DNA of 62,410 nt, counting the filler, from Choristocarpus tenellus KU-1152 (taxonomy: Eukaryota; Protista; Phaeophyceae): assembly GCA_964200185.2 (NCBI GenBank). It is 7 parts of 7 records of this genome, joined end to end, with 100 filler letters (N's around TTAATTAATTAA, not from the genome) between each part and the next. Parts side by side here need not be neighbours in the genome. Positions count along the whole stretch, not along the records: positions 1 to 4,985 come from CAXNAD020012276.1; positions 5,086 to 25,776 come from CAXNAD020000381.1; 5 more parts are not named here. The stretch is one strand, 5' to 3'. The position numbers and the translations under genes were made by a program. Of the stretch, positions 1-14,400 are shown in pieces; position 1 is the stretch's first letter, and the number at the start of each line of letters is the position of its first letter. The notes below the pieces were generated by a model. It made no database searches and was not told the DNA's origin. It saw only the letters and a list, made by a program, of their open reading frames with translations.

Positions 1-98
1 CTAAAAGAGAAGACCCCTTTTAAGCCCACAGGGCAGGGCCGACACGGAACCCCAGGTGGCACCCCCCCCCCCCCCCCCCCTCCCAGATACTTTGACCC
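1..98. mobile_element. End of a MITE with the same terminus but a different internal sequence
   Basis: Poly-C then CCCAGATACTTTGACCC. The same terminus, GGGTCAAAGTATCTGGGG, occurs at 4960-4985 and 53154-53173. Confidence 0.65.
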
Positions 99-248
99 AT
101 AATCCTGACCTGGAAGTGGTGCCTCACCTGCTTCATATCAAAATATTACACAAAATTTCCACCGACTAAATACCCGGATCAAGCAGATCAATACACCCAT
201 AACTCCAAGCAAACATTTTCAGTTTTAATCCCGGTTCGTCTTCATCAG

Positions 249-2275
249 GCGGCTGAACGGCATCATGCACCTTCCATGTTATACCTGGGTAAGCTGTGCC
301 TTTACGGGCACAGCAATCTCAGCTTTCCTGTAGACTACGACATGGCTCTCCTGTGGTTTGAGAGGGCAGCTGACGAGGTACGACTCTACCTCTCTCACTG
401 GCATTTCGGACACTTGGCTCATACTACTTTTGTGATGTTCTTTTCACTGTCAGCACTGCATCTCAAGCACGTTTTCTAGGGTATGAAGCTGTAGTACACT
501 TGGGTAAAGCAAAAGGAAATAGTAACGGTTTCTGAAAAAAACATTTGGAAGATTATAGAGGAATGTTATCCAACGAACTTGGTGTGATAATCTAAAAACA
601 AAGATAGCGCCACCAGAATTAGAATGAGAGGGTAGGAAAGATGGTATCAGAAGCAACGCCGTCTTTCTCATGCATTGGACTCTCAATATGCTGTCAAATC
701 AGAACATTTTTTTGCTTTTATCCTTGATCAAATCTTGAGCTAACCACACATGAAATATCAACCTATGTGGTGCGATTCTAGTTGCATACTCTAGACCAAG
801 TCACAGCATTCAGTTATATCACTACTGCTTTGTTTTGCTTGTACACTATCCCTCAAGTACTCTATCTGAAGTTGAGAATTAACGCTTACAATAAGCGCTA
901 ATATCTAAGTAATGAAAAACTCGGAAAATAATTCCAACAGCACAATAACTCTATCTAAACCATGCATTTGATCGTTGTTCAAGGTATTGGGGAATTGTGT
1001 TATTGGGGTAGACCACGCACTAATCTCGAAAATTCACAAATTTCGTGCATAAGGGTCTCAGCATTATGACCATACAATCCTCAACGCTTCCTGCATATAT
1101 TTCTTGAATTTGACATAAGGTGACAACCGTGCCCTGCATGGCCACTAAGCCATGACCCTATCTTATATGCTGCACTTGAGGTAGAAGTATAAAAGGTACA
1201 CCTGTACCTTCTATCCTGGGCATATATTAAAAGATCCAAAGCATTTTAGAGGGTAGGGCCGTGTCCATTCGGGATCATAAATCCAATGTTGCAATTTTGA
1301 TGAATTATGGTTATCGTGTTTGTAAGTAAGTGTCAATATCCTTGCTCCAGACACACATTTCTTACTCGTATACATTAGAGGTAACTGTGCTCACACAGAA
1401 AACCGAAAAGGATATAAAAAACCATGAGAAACCAAGCCCCAAATGGACAAACAGGGCAAAACTCCTACCCTCTTACATACATTGACCCAAAAGGCAATTT
1501 GAACCCTCTCTTGGTTTGTCCGAGTGACATCAACATGGACGGACCCATTGCATGATTTATACACCATGTAAATCCTCTGGAGTAGAGTATTTGAGAGACT
1601 TGAAAACCTTGAAAACCTTGAAAACACAGTATACATGTATGCAGTCAGTTTGTATATACATACTTGTATGTGGTATTTCTGTTGAATAAACGGTTGGTGA
1701 GAGCATGATATGTACAAGCATTAGAGAGGGCTGGTGATGGAGAAGGACTCCTTGAAGGGTATCGGAAGTCACACTGCATGCCCTTCACGTCACAGTTGAA
1801 GGTGTCCTGCGAAACAGTCTTCTTTTTTTTTTGGTCTTGAATATATCTTGTCAGTATCTGAATAATATGAATGTTCATTGTTCACAAATCATAGGACTTG
1901 GGAATGGATACTGAAGGTCATCGGTCGACTGCATCAAATTGGCTGGAAATCCCGCATAGGCTATTCTGTTGATCAAAGTGTTGCTTTTTGTATGATCCCT
2001 AACCTTTGGCACAACTCATCCACCAGTTGCCTGTATGTACATACTCCGTACCCTCCATCAAAGAAGTACCCCACTCTTCTCTTGGACAGGGCGTTACCGG
2101 TATTTCAGCAGAAGCTGCAGCTGCACGAGATGAACTTAAATTCAGTCTAATTCGGGCCAGAAAGATAAACACTGAGCTGACTGCCAGATACGACTATGGC
2201 TACTCAGGACAAGGAGAATACGAGTGGGGACAAGAGGTGCTGACAGAAGTGGTAAAGAGGAGGGAGAGCAGCTGA
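249..2275 (+). CDS. Sel1-repeat-containing protein, 3' part (5' end outside the window)
   Basis: Exon 249-377 (cag|...|gtacg) reads AAERHHAPSMLYLGKLCLYGHSNLSFPVDYDMALLWFERAADE, a typical Sel1-like repeat. It joins in phase 0 to a terminal exon 2089-2275 (GVTGISAEAAAARDELK...RRESS*). Confidence 0.7.
1233..1488. mobile_element. MITE family A (~258 bp, PIF/Harbinger-like), complete copy
   Basis: Degenerate TIR (GATCCAAAGCATTTTAGAGGGTA ... TACCCTCTTACATACATTGACCC) flanked by AAA/AAA. Homologous to the copies at 8786, 50887 and 60175. Confidence 0.75.
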
Positions 2276-4985
2276 GAAGGTGTCAATGCCTACGCTGCCA
2301 AGATGTGTTCATGATGAAGAAGATGAGGAAAAGCTACCAAATTATTGGCTATGGATACAGGTCAACCCACCTCAATCAGACAGATCAATTCACTGAGTGT
2401 GTTGCTCACAGATGAAGGCAGCTGCACTTCCTGCTGCTAGATATGCTGGTGTTTGGAAACATATAGTGAGGTCTCTCTTCGGCGGTTCTGCCATCAGGCT
2501 ATCCTTTGTGAAAAAAAAAGCATATAGTAGGGTCCTGAACAGTTTTCTGCCCGTTTTTTTTTAGAAATTGTCATGGGAAACAAATGATAAAATTCAAAAA
2601 TATACAATGGTACACACTCTGATGTTGGTGAAACTGCTGGTAGGTCTCATACTCGTCTTTCCAGTTTTTTTCAAGTGAAACTGTCCATGGTAGGATATAT
2701 ATACAGGTGAATTGTGCATGCAGTTTGCTTTTGCCAACTAGTATAGTCTAACTCTATTTTGTTTTTGCAACATATTCATTGGTACATACAAACCCTTGTC
2801 TACGAAAGTGATTGTGGAAATCAAGACCGCCTTCCAATCGTTTTGGGAGGGAAGTTGCTACAGGAGATGTAGACAATATAGTTTGAGCAACAAAATGTGC
2901 GGTGGCGTACGACCAGGTGCCTCAAGAACGAATGACGGGATCCATAACGTTAGTCTACAATTCAGGATATAAGCAAGTTCAGTTGCAACACACACAGTAG
3001 TCCACACAAAGATGTATCTACTACGAAACAGCTGGTGGAACCCAAAATAGTTTTCTGGCCGATCACCCTACCATTAGAATTGTCGTAGGACACAATATGC
3101 AGAGGTTGTACACAGTACATATAGGTTTTGACTAAATTTACTGCGCGGATGTAAAACAGTTTTCTGCCACTGTAAACTTGGAACGGTTGTAGGATCCATG
3201 GAGGACATGTCGTTGTCAGCAATATAACATGCAGAGGCGCACACACACAAGCCTTTTGATGAAACGGCTGCTGGTAGGATCCTAAGTTGTTTACTGGCCG
3301 CTATATCAGTGAGACTGTACCAGGAAACAAAAAGTGACTTGGGCAGCAACATCATGCATGGTATGCACCACAATACTGGTACTGACGAAACGACTGGAGG
3401 AATAGCACTTAGCAAAATTCCCTTTCAAGTAAAGCGGTCTTGAGATACAAACACGTATCACCATCAACTGATCACACATATTTTCCGTCACATTGCTCGC
3501 ATAAATCAAGTAGTTGCTGGTCAGGGAGATTGCATATCAATATGAGCCCAATGAGTCCCATAGCCACCTTTGAGAATTTCGTCTCATTTTGACTCTGAAA
3601 ATGCCATGGATTCTGTGTGGAATAGCATTTTTTTCTATTTCAAGAGTAACTTATATTGGTTTGCTTCCTGTCGTCCTCGTATCCTAGCAGCTTGATATAG
3701 GAGGTGCGATGATCTGCTCTTAGAGAGAGGGTATTGATGAGTATTTCGGGGTGCATATATATACCTACCTTCTGCTGCATGTGCTACGAGCCCTGTGGAA
3801 GCGATTCCACAGTTTATGTGGACAAATAGTCGTCTCCTCGTCTACAGCTCCAACCTTACAAGGGGAGTTAGATACTTTTCAGGCATGGGTAATGCGGTGT
3901 CAGGTAGAAAAAGTGCAAAAGTATAACATCTCTAAGATGGTTGGCTCCAGGACTTCCTTGAAAGCTAGAATACAAGGCGACACAAACCTTGGATATCAAG
4001 TCCAGACCTTCTACCTTATTGCTTACAACGCTTCACCTATCCTCTATCAAGCGCGACTACTGGACATCACCAGCTTCACCAGTAACGTCGCTATTGACAG
4101 CACATATAAGGCTAATTATTATGAAAATCAACTAAACACTCCACCACCCAACCACTCAAACACAATTTAGAATCAATGAATCGAACGCCCAATGCTGTAG
4201 ACTCGTATAATTCCAATCAATCTACAACAAAGGACTCCACCGCTGAGGTATATGCAATGGAGATGTCCCATGATTCACTTTCACTGCAACACTACACAAG
4301 ATTTTCAACAAACCGAACATTTTCGATTTCAACTTCGACGTTCCCCTCACTCCATACACATCACTTCTATGACAAAGGAGGGTTACCCCTCCCCCGCCAA
4401 ACAGTATAATGGTTCAACTTAAGGTAAACTAAAGTTGAGGCTATATGTCTTAGGAGAGGAGAAGTTTGTGCCTATTCCATATATATTTCTCTTCTCATCA
4501 GAAATATTAAAACGCTGTGCCAACATCACCCCTCCCTTTTCCAGCCTTCCACGCAGGTTAGGTTTTGAGGTTTTGGTGCTTCTCTAAGAAACATACTTCG
4601 TCACAGGACATACCTGGCGTTGACAAAACCACTGTCAATAGGATCCAAGATTGATTTTGCCGTTTTTCCAGTGAAACGGTCGTAGGATCCACTCAGAAGA
4701 TATGTTTAGGGTGGTGCATACGTACATCTTCGTCAACGAAACAGTCGGTAGGATACAATACAATTCTTGACCGATTACCTGCGAAACTGTTGCAGGATAC
4801 CATAAAGTAATTTTAGTAGCACCAAACATATGCTGGGAGTGACCACACTCACCTGTTCCTCATGAAATGGTTTATTTTATTGGAATTCAGGTCGGTGTTC
4901 TGACTGTGTATGATACCAACTAATTGACCACCTGTCTCAGAACAGGACATATATACGTAGGGTCAAAGTATCTGGGGAGGGGGGG

Positions 4986-5085
4986 NNNNNNNNNNNNNNN
5001 NNNNNNNNNNNNNNNNNNNNNNNNNNNNNTTAATTAATTAANNNNNNNNNNNNNNNNNNNNNNNNNNNNNNNNNNNNNNNNNNNN
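4986..5085. other. Artificial contig linker (N-run + TTAATTAATTAA + N-run, 100 nt)
   Basis: Six-frame stop linker. Identical copies at 25777-25876, 30598-30697, 44179-44278, 48545-48644 and 53174-53273. Confidence 0.97.
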
Positions 5086-5315
5086 CGCGTCCATTTGGGG
5101 GGCAAAATCCAATGTTGCAATTTCGATGTAATTTTGACTATCGTGTTAGATAGGAAGTGTCACTATTCTTGTTCCGGACACACCTTTTCATAACGTATGC
5201 ATTTTACCTACTCCGAAATTATTTGGAGTGGGAAAATGTAAAAAAAAAACGAGGGAAGCCAAGCCCCAAATGGACAAACAGGGCAAAACTCGTACCCTCT
5301 AAGATACTTTCACTC
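5086..5315. mobile_element. MITE family A, truncated by contig end
   Basis: Same internal sequence; ends TACCCTCTAAGATACTTTCACTC. Confidence 0.8.
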
Positions 5316-5468
5316 TTTCTCTTGGCAAAAACTAGGACACTGACCACTGAGGACTTTGGACACCAATAAACCTGGCTAAAAGTGTTGCAAGATTTTTTCT
5401 TATTTCTCAACAGTGGTTAAGACTTCCTAACTCCAGCCCTCACTCAAAATGATGAATCTCTTATTCAG

Positions 5469-8400
5469 AGTGGGTGGTATTGATAAACTTCCTGAGGACT
5501 TCAAGCCCCAATTCAACTTTGTGCTTTCAGCAAAGGCATCTGACCTGCAGAGGGCGAAGGCTGGTTGCACGGGATGGAACCGTCCCAAGCCGTTTGAGAC
5601 TACTAACCCCCATTCCAGCATGAGGTCTGAGACCCCTTCGTACTTTTGCCTTCTGTACCTGCGGTCATGATGAAAGCAATTATTGAAGCATATTGCACTG
5701 CCTTACTAATGTAGACAGCTGCTCTCTGGTGTAACCTCTCTTTTGGAATCCTTGGACTTGTTTGGACATGAATATTGTTTGCTAAATTCAAGAATATTGG
5801 AGCTTGTTCATCAGTTTAGGACTGTCTTGGTTTGGCTGACTTGCTCACACTTGTCCTAGACATATGACACTTCCTTAGCTTCTATTAACCTTCCCTCTGC
5901 ACTCACCCTGGTACAGCTGGGATGGGACAGTACATGCTGTTGGAAGCGTTGGAGGTGTGGACTCCGTTTTTAAGAAGCTCACCTTCTCACTTCAGGTTGC
6001 GCTTTCCCACCTTCTCACTACACCCTTATCAGTTTTCTTGCCTATTGTCTTCGTGTAGCGCAGGTTATGTTTGAGGGAATTCACATGACACACCCCTCAA
6101 ACAGCACATCTCAGAGTTTTGCAAATCATTGTGGTTAGAGCTAGAGTTCTACATTCTTGGGATATTTGAATTAACTTTTATTGCACCCAGTTTATAGGCA
6201 TATCCAGTCTCTTTCCATTATTTCCCGTTTATGCGATGTTGTCACCTGCTGGCTAAGTTATATTGGGTCAGTCCAGCACCTTTGTAGCACCACTTTATCA
6301 AGTCAATACAAAAGAAAAATAGATGTCTCAATAACATGCGTTCCCTCCATGCAGCAGGTGAGTTAGAGGCATTGCCATGCATACTCAAATTTCTAAGAGT
6401 CAATGACATAACTCTAACCCCCCCTCATGAATCCCTCATACTCCATTTCTCTAAATTGCCGAAGGAACTAGCGCAACGAGAACAAGATCGCCGTGACTCA
6501 GATGCCTGGTTGACAACATGTCGCCTCAAGCGAGCCAAGCAGTGGGAAGAGAGAGAGAGGGCTAAGAAGTGTTTGAGGGCAGGGACGGACTGGAGGGATC
6601 CAGAGAGAGGCGTTGAAATGGGAATGGAGAGGTAGCTATGGTGTAGGGCACCAAGATTGTAGCCTGTGCGAGGTCCAATATTGTTAGTCCTATCCAACCA
6701 CATGTTGTCATGAGTGTTTTTGGGAGCACATGCTATTCATGCAATACTTTTTGCTGAGCTGATTCAAATATTGACATGTATTTTGTAGATGATAGAGAGT
6801 AAGATTTGTGCACTTTGTTTACAGAGCATGTTCGGGGGTTTTTGCAAGAAGTTTGAAGAAGAGCAGTATGTCACATCTGGGCCATATTAGTGACTCAAAA
6901 TCTTACACGGGACAGGAAGCTGTCACTCAGGAATAGTCATGTTACCGATTTCATCCCTATCATTCAGCTTGTAACCCTAAACCTATTCACATGTTTTGAG
7001 CGCAACCTATCTATAATTGAGACTCAGTGCTACAGTGTTCTTGCTCAAGTACAAGTTGAGCCAGCTCTGAACAACCTAGGTGTTTTATCAATACTCACAG
7101 GTGGAAGAAGGAGGAGGAGCCTGTGCCACATCTTCCAAAGATGGAGGAAGGCGTTTTCCTACATGTGCCTCAGGATGATGATGCGAATCGAGGCTCCAGG
7201 GAAGTGAAGGTGTTGTAAATACAGCTATCATATCATTATGTGTACTGCAAGAATGTGACATGCTTCCAACGTTTTGAGTCCTCCTGATAGAGGTTAAGGG
7301 ATGTAATACCTCTGCAGCAAGGTTCAAGCAGTTGTGATTGGAATGGATGATAATATGTTTAGGACAAGAAAAAAGGGACATACTGCTCGATTTTGGTAAT
7401 GAATACCATAATGCATTTTAGATGGGTATCATCTCTCAAATTGACCTTGATACAGTGAATATATATATGTATATATATATCTTTTTCTAACATGGTAGTA
7501 TGTCAAAATGATCTAAACTCAATTGTAGCGAAAAAAGATGGACAGGAACACTTCACATTGAGACCTTTCAAGTGAGGAAATAGTTTAATAATATCAATAC
7601 ATATTTTCAGATATCATGTTGAACAGTCATACGGGAAGTGATGGCCACCATACAGCTCCATTCAATAAAAAATAAAAAAAAATCCCCCCTTCAACAACGA
7701 TCGACAGTAGAGTGTGAAGTACATAGGGTATCGTAGTTCCAGTTAGGTGTGCACAAACTATTGGACTTTGGCCTGCTTCTTGTCTTCAGCGTGTTGCTGA
7801 TGTACACAAATCTACTGCTATTTTTCCATTTAAATTTATGTCCTCAGGTTGACATGGACAAATTGATCCAGAAAAAATTCAAAAGTACTCCATCAACTCA
7901 GGCAGAAGTACGAGATTGCACAACAGTTGTCTCCCCGGAAGCACTTCACCAGGTAAGGGGTGTGTTGTCATCCAGGCAGCTTAACTTTCGGCAATTCAAC
8001 TCTACAGAAGTATTGCTCCAGTCAGTCCAATCTAGGCATGAATGTACATAAGAACATTCTGTTACATTCATGTAACTGTAAAATAGAACATTCTTTCCAC
8101 TCTAAATCAGGTTCCCTTTTTTTAAAGATCATACACATTGTAAATTTAATGCACGATATGTTGTGATGCACTCACAGCAAAGGGAATTCAGGAACAAAAT
8201 GTTCTCCAGGTTGGAAATGCAAAGAATTGAAGACAAGTGTTACTTTTCGTGAGCACCTCCTACCAATCGTGTGCTAAAACACACAAAAAGGGAAAATTGT
8301 CATCTATTCTTCTGAACCTGCAGCTTTCGTAGCAAGTATATAGGGTTTTTTTACATTATACCCTGGGCTGAAGCCTCAGTTGTGAACCCTGGAGTCTGAT

Positions 8401-11400
8401 TCACTTTGTCCAGCCTTTTTCATATTTTTTTATGAAATCAACGAGGTGTAACCGTTGTCAGTTACCTTCCTATTTCACCACAACATCTCATGTCGAGTTT
8501 GTCAACTATCACATATTTTTTCCTTGCATGGGTTTGTCTTGGGTATCTGCAGGTGGAGCTGCACTTCCGCACCATTGACTTTGGACAGGTTACATTGGGA
8601 TCAAGCAATGCACGCAATTCTGCAATCACAAACAAGTTGCAGCATTCAATACTGGTGGAGCTCCTAGGAACAGGACTGCCTGAGCTCTTAGGAAGCGGGC
8701 CAGCTGCTCAGGTGGACAATGCCATGGGTCACAGGTTATGATAGATGGATCCATGGATGACTTCTTGCCAAGATAACTTGCTATTGAGTGAAAGTATATT
8801 AGAGGGTAAAAGGTCTTCCCTGTTTGTCCATTTGGGGCTTGACTTCTCACGGGTTTTTTTATGACATTTTACCTACTCCAAAATGTTTTGGAGTAGGAAA
8901 AATGTATACGTTTTGAAACGTTGTGTCCAGAACAAGGACATCAACATCCCCTAACAAACACGATAGCCAAAATTACATCAAAATTGGAAAATTGGATTTT
9001 GGCCCCCAAATAGAGAAGGCTCTACCCTCTTAACTACTTTGACTCATTTTCTATGCAACCACTACTGGATTGATACAATATTATTAGCACCTTCTTTATT
9101 GATACTGGACAAAAAATTGAACTGAAACCTTCTTGTGTGATGCTTCTGTGGATTGAGTTATAGATGGGGTTCAATGCATCGTCGGGTAAAGGATGACCCA
9201 AGCCAAGGAAAGGAAATAAAGAATAACATAAAATATGTTGATGTGATACGAGCAGTATCTGAATAATATCAAATTTTATAAACACATAGAAGGATGGACA
9301 GAGTATATTGTTTTGGTATTATGAGTACCTTTAGTCGCTGTAAGGCTCAACAATATACCCTCCCACCATCCCACCACCAAGCCTGGTGCATACTATGGTC
9401 CCTTACTGTTCGATTTGACCATTCCCGGATTTTTTCTTTGAGTCTCATGATTCTAGGTACTATTTCAATAGGAAATTGAACAATGAAAATGATCAATGAA
9501 CAAATTGAGTTTTCTGCGTAAATATTGAGGTACCAGCAATATCAAAAGATGATCCGTCATCACCAAAACTCACAACAAAATAATCTTTTCCCAAGACATA
9601 CCAATGTTCACAGTTGCTTTTCAACTTGATCATATTGGGTGAATATGGTGTGTGAGATGATACAACGTGGGAGCGGAAGATGAGTCTAGCAGATATAGAT
9701 GGACTGATCTTGATAAACAGTATGACATCACCATACCAGAACCCCTTTGAATATGTTGTTCATTATTATAATGTATACTATCATTGTAACATCCCACTAA
9801 CCACATGGTCTTGGTAGTCTGCAGAAATCCGAGATTTCCCTCGTCAGCCAGTGCTCCCTCCTCAAACCTGATCAACTTACATCATAGCTTGGATCAACTG
9901 TATCTCATCAACCAGGAGACTGGGGTCAATGCCAGCAGTTCAGCAATTCCATCCACCATTGAAGAACTATACAATGATAAAACTATTATGTAGGGAAGAG
10001 ATATAATAGTGTAGCCCCTCAGTACTTCAAGAAATGCTCAGTATTGGAAAGACACAATGTTGTAGGATGTACATTCTGTAAGCGCTAATGTGATTTTCCC
10101 CCTCTTTATATAAAAGAGAATGAGTGTCATTTGGCTATCATCCAAGTCGTTACATATCAATAGTCTCTGAATAGTTTGCTGTCAATTGGACATTTGTTTT
10201 TAATATCCATATTTTTGAGCAAATCAATAATTAATATCCACTATTGGTAATGTTTTAGTTGTGTATATGCGATATGGGACCCCTTGAAGCTAGTGGCTCC
10301 ATTCAGACGCCCAAAAAGTACCTTATCTGACCAATAACAAGACAGTGATTTAACCATCCTCCATATATTTTGGATCCATAGAATATAGAAGAATCTATAG
10401 CATATCTGAAGCTTATCAGTGACCACTGTTCAAACATGCCCTTGATTATTACTATAGGATAGCACAGAAAACCTGCTGTGCATATTTGTTGGGAATGCAA
10501 TTACCCCCTCTCCATCTTGAAGGCACAAATTTGTATGTAGCTGGGTGCTAAAATTGATACCCCAGTGAACATGGACTAAGGAAGTGAGGAACATATGTAC
10601 TCAGGAGTATGTAATACATCACAAACCTTTTTCCTTTACTCTCTCAGGACAAATGCTATAGGGAATCTCCGCTTTTGTTTTCTCAATCAAATTTTGATGG
10701 GAAATTTGAAGTTTATTTTTTCAGGACAAGGGACTCATGATCCTTAGAGGGTAAAAATCTAAGCAAGTTGATATGCTACTATAGTGGGATTAAGGGATTA
10801 TGCATATAATTTGGTTGGCCATATGAGGGTAGGCACAAGTATCACCAGAGTGAGGATCAAGCACTGTCAAGAGGTCAGCTCTGCTGAAACCTGACATAAT
10901 CAACAAAACAATGCTTTGTGACAGGTCATTCCTGCAGGAGCAACAGCTGGCTTTGATATCAACTTCAAGTGCAACACAGAGCAGGTGCACCGATAAGGCC
11001 TGCATTTTGCTTCAAAATCGGAGATCCATGTCAATCTTTCTTACTTGAACTGAGTGAGAAGTGCCATAATACTCAGCAAGCATAGTTCACAGCTCCTATT
11101 TTTCTTCTTTCGTCCTTAGTCCAATGCTTTCTACCACCACAGAGTGTGCAACTGTGACAGGGATTGATGAAGCGAACTACCTAGGCCAGTGATGAGAAAA
11201 GACAATACCTATGTCTGGACGAAAGAAGCTGCAGATCATCTATTTCTTTTTATCACCAACAGTCCACAATACGATATCCTGAAAAATGTTGAGCAAACCT
11301 TAATTCAAGATATATTTTGGAGGTTTTGACCTCTCGAACTTAAGAACATCATCCCATGCCTAGATTCTTCGATCCCTCTCCCTCCTGCATTTCACTGGCA

Positions 11401-14400
11401 GCTTTTTCGGAAGGCTCTTCAATACTCAATCAACAAGTCGGCAATCCAGCAGTTTGGTGTGGTGGCACACACTATTCCTGTCAGCCTTGAACTTGATCAG
11501 GATGAAATTGATCTTGAGGTGATTTGGGGGACAGAGAAAAGAGTAACAGGTCAATAATGACAATCTTCAATAGTGTTTATTCCTGTGAAAATAATCCCAG
11601 CACATATTGGTGAGACCCCAAAGGAGTTCCAATCAGTTGTCTCATAGCAATACGTTTGTTGAGATGAACTAGTTCGCACGTAATATGCCAATGTTTGTTC
11701 TAAATGAGCAGTAGCCAATCAGACACAACCATATATTTCTCGACACACACACACACACATATATATATATGTTCGGGCTTCCCCAATTTCTAATATACTT
11801 CTGTTGTGGACTTTCCCCCATACTATCATTGAAGGAATGTAGTGGTCGGTGCCTGCTTGATTAAATTGCTCATATTAACAGAAGGAATGTCAACCACTTC
11901 AGTTTTTTGGAACCATTATTTCTTTCTTCACTGGGCCCTTCCAATTTCAATTTTTTGCTGCGCCTATCAACCCCCAACCTTCGTAGATGTGGCACTTAGT
12001 GGTGGTGACACCAAGAATTTCTATGTTGGTAAGGATCAGAATCTGTCCTATTTTGATCACCTGTACTTGAATGTACGATCGTAGAAAATTCAAAGAACAT
12101 CGCTTGGTCAACTGATTTTGTTACTTGTCGACCGCCCATTGTCCTGATGCTAACCCTAACCCCACAGAAAGACTTCAGTAACAAGAGGGTAGCCTTTTTT
12201 GCGACTAAGCTAGTAATGCTTACCCAACACCTGTCATATTTCACGAGCATCATTAATGAAAGAGTGATATTTCATACTAACATAGTGAAATCTACAAACG
12301 AGAGAGCATGGAGGAAAGATCCAAGATATTTCCAGTGGTGGCCCCCAAATTGTACCAAGAAAATTCATGGCTCAAAATTATTTTTGAGGGAAAACACTTG
12401 TCCAAGATTGTTACTATTCATTGCTTGAGTTCCCCACAATTGTTCTTTCATGTGGAAGTTTGCTGAAGATGACATGGAGCCAGCCATTAAGCATTCAGTG
12501 TTGATGAAAAACAACGGCAACTCCAGTGCCTCTTTCTCTTGGACTGCCAAAGGAGCATTTGCGGTCGTTCCTGAATCAGGGATTATGAACCCTTTTAGTG
12601 AAAGAAGGGTGGAGATTATATGGACACCTCAGCCAGGTTTCAAGACCTCAGAGGTAGTGATCCTCAAGGTGTGTACTCTAAAACAGGCAGTGGTAACATG
12701 GAGATCAACATTAAAAGTAAAAGTGTTTGTACACCACAAGACATTCACAAGATCTACACCTGCCCTTTGCCCTTGGATACAACACACGTTCTGAACTCTG
12801 CATCCATTTTCCATCCAAGCAGTAACCCTACTCTCCTATGCTTTCGAAAGCAATAAACCCAACAAGATTGTAGCAATAAAGCACATGATGATTGTAGCGC
12901 GTGATGATAGATCACACACCCTAAACACACAACTGTACAACTCTCAATATAGCTACAACACGTTATTTTTTCATTTGCCAGGTAGACGGTGGTCAGGACA
13001 AGGAACTACTAGTGTGTGGTCACTTGGCTGAGACACGATGCCGCTTTATCAGGCCCCAAAAAGGCCCTTCCAAAAACTCCTCTGGGCCTGCCAATGACAA
13101 GCATAACTTGGTAGACTTTGGGCAGGCGGCGGTAGGGATAATTCACACATTGAGTGTTTCCCTGAAGAATGTGGGAAAGACGAAGGCAGTGTTCTTTATT
13201 GAGACTGGACCTCTATTTCAGGTGACCATCTTGTGTCCAGAGTGTTCTATGGGTATAAACCTAGAGAGATTGAAGGAGGGGAACCGTCTCGGTAGGCAAG
13301 AGGAAAGATGGTGAGAGTATGTTATTGCCTGTCAGAGAGGGGCTGACAGGTGGTACTTGATCTGTGTTGATAGAAATTAGCATAAGAAAGCGGAGTTCAC
13401 AGCATCCAACTTTCATTAGAAAGTCAGAATAGAGTAGAGAAAATCGTGTTTCGCCCTTGATTCCACCCTGCTGCATTTTGAGAGCAAAGAGTATCATTAT
13501 GCACTTAATTTCGAATAGACTGGAGGTGCTCCTGCTGGTTCTGCAAAGATCATAGCATACATAAAGTGCAGATGTTGTCCAAGTAGTCCCAGAAACACAC
13601 AGTAAATCAGAGTAGAAATTCTTTGTTGACACAGTATGATACAATCCTGTACCTTCCTAGTCTCATAAACTCAGGTGAACACATACCTACCACAAATTCA
13701 AAACCGGGAAGGTAATTGAAAATTCAAGACACATTGATAAGGATATAATTCCCTTTAAGGTACTAACTCCATAGAAAATATGAAGCTCATCCCAATGGTG
13801 ATAATTCTTGATCTGACTGAGTTAACCAGGTTGGATTGGAGGTGAATCCTAAGAGTGGACTTATTGAGCCTTCGGAGGTGGTCAATCTGAGTGTAACTCT
13901 CCATGCCAAGATGGAGCTATCGCTAGATGGATTGGTGTTGTGCGCCAATATAAGGGGCGGCAGGCCTGCCAAGGTACCTTGTCCATTTCAATCTCACAAA
14001 TTTTCTGTTCCTCCCACTTCATTGCTATATACCACCCATTTTTTGTGACAAATTGAATCAAATCAAAAGTTTGGTCATACACCAGAGTCTCCTCTCTGGA
14101 GTAAGAACTATACGGATACGGATATTGATACGGATGTCTTATTCTAATGGATGACAGTCATGACCAAAATGTGTTTTTGTAAATGTTCCCAGTAGTCAGG
14201 CTTGCCTATATATTCTGTCTTCCATCTGTGCAATTCAAGCAAAGATTAACGTGTGACATACCACTACCTCATAGATTGCAATACATTTCTTATTCCTGGT
14301 ACAACAAACGCTTATAATACCCTGAAATGACTCTAAAGATATTGTCTATTCAATGAGCTGCCATTGGACCCATAGTATCCTAGAGGTTGGTCAGGCGTTC

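Noticed and set aside
5030-5041. Perfect palindrome TTAATTAATTAA recurring six times
   Set aside because: Always centred in N-runs totalling 100 nt; it is an artificial six-frame-stop linker, not biology.
9100-10520. Coding-like stretches in the long CFAP47 intron
   Set aside because: Multiple stops in all frames and no recognisable motif; probably old TE debris.
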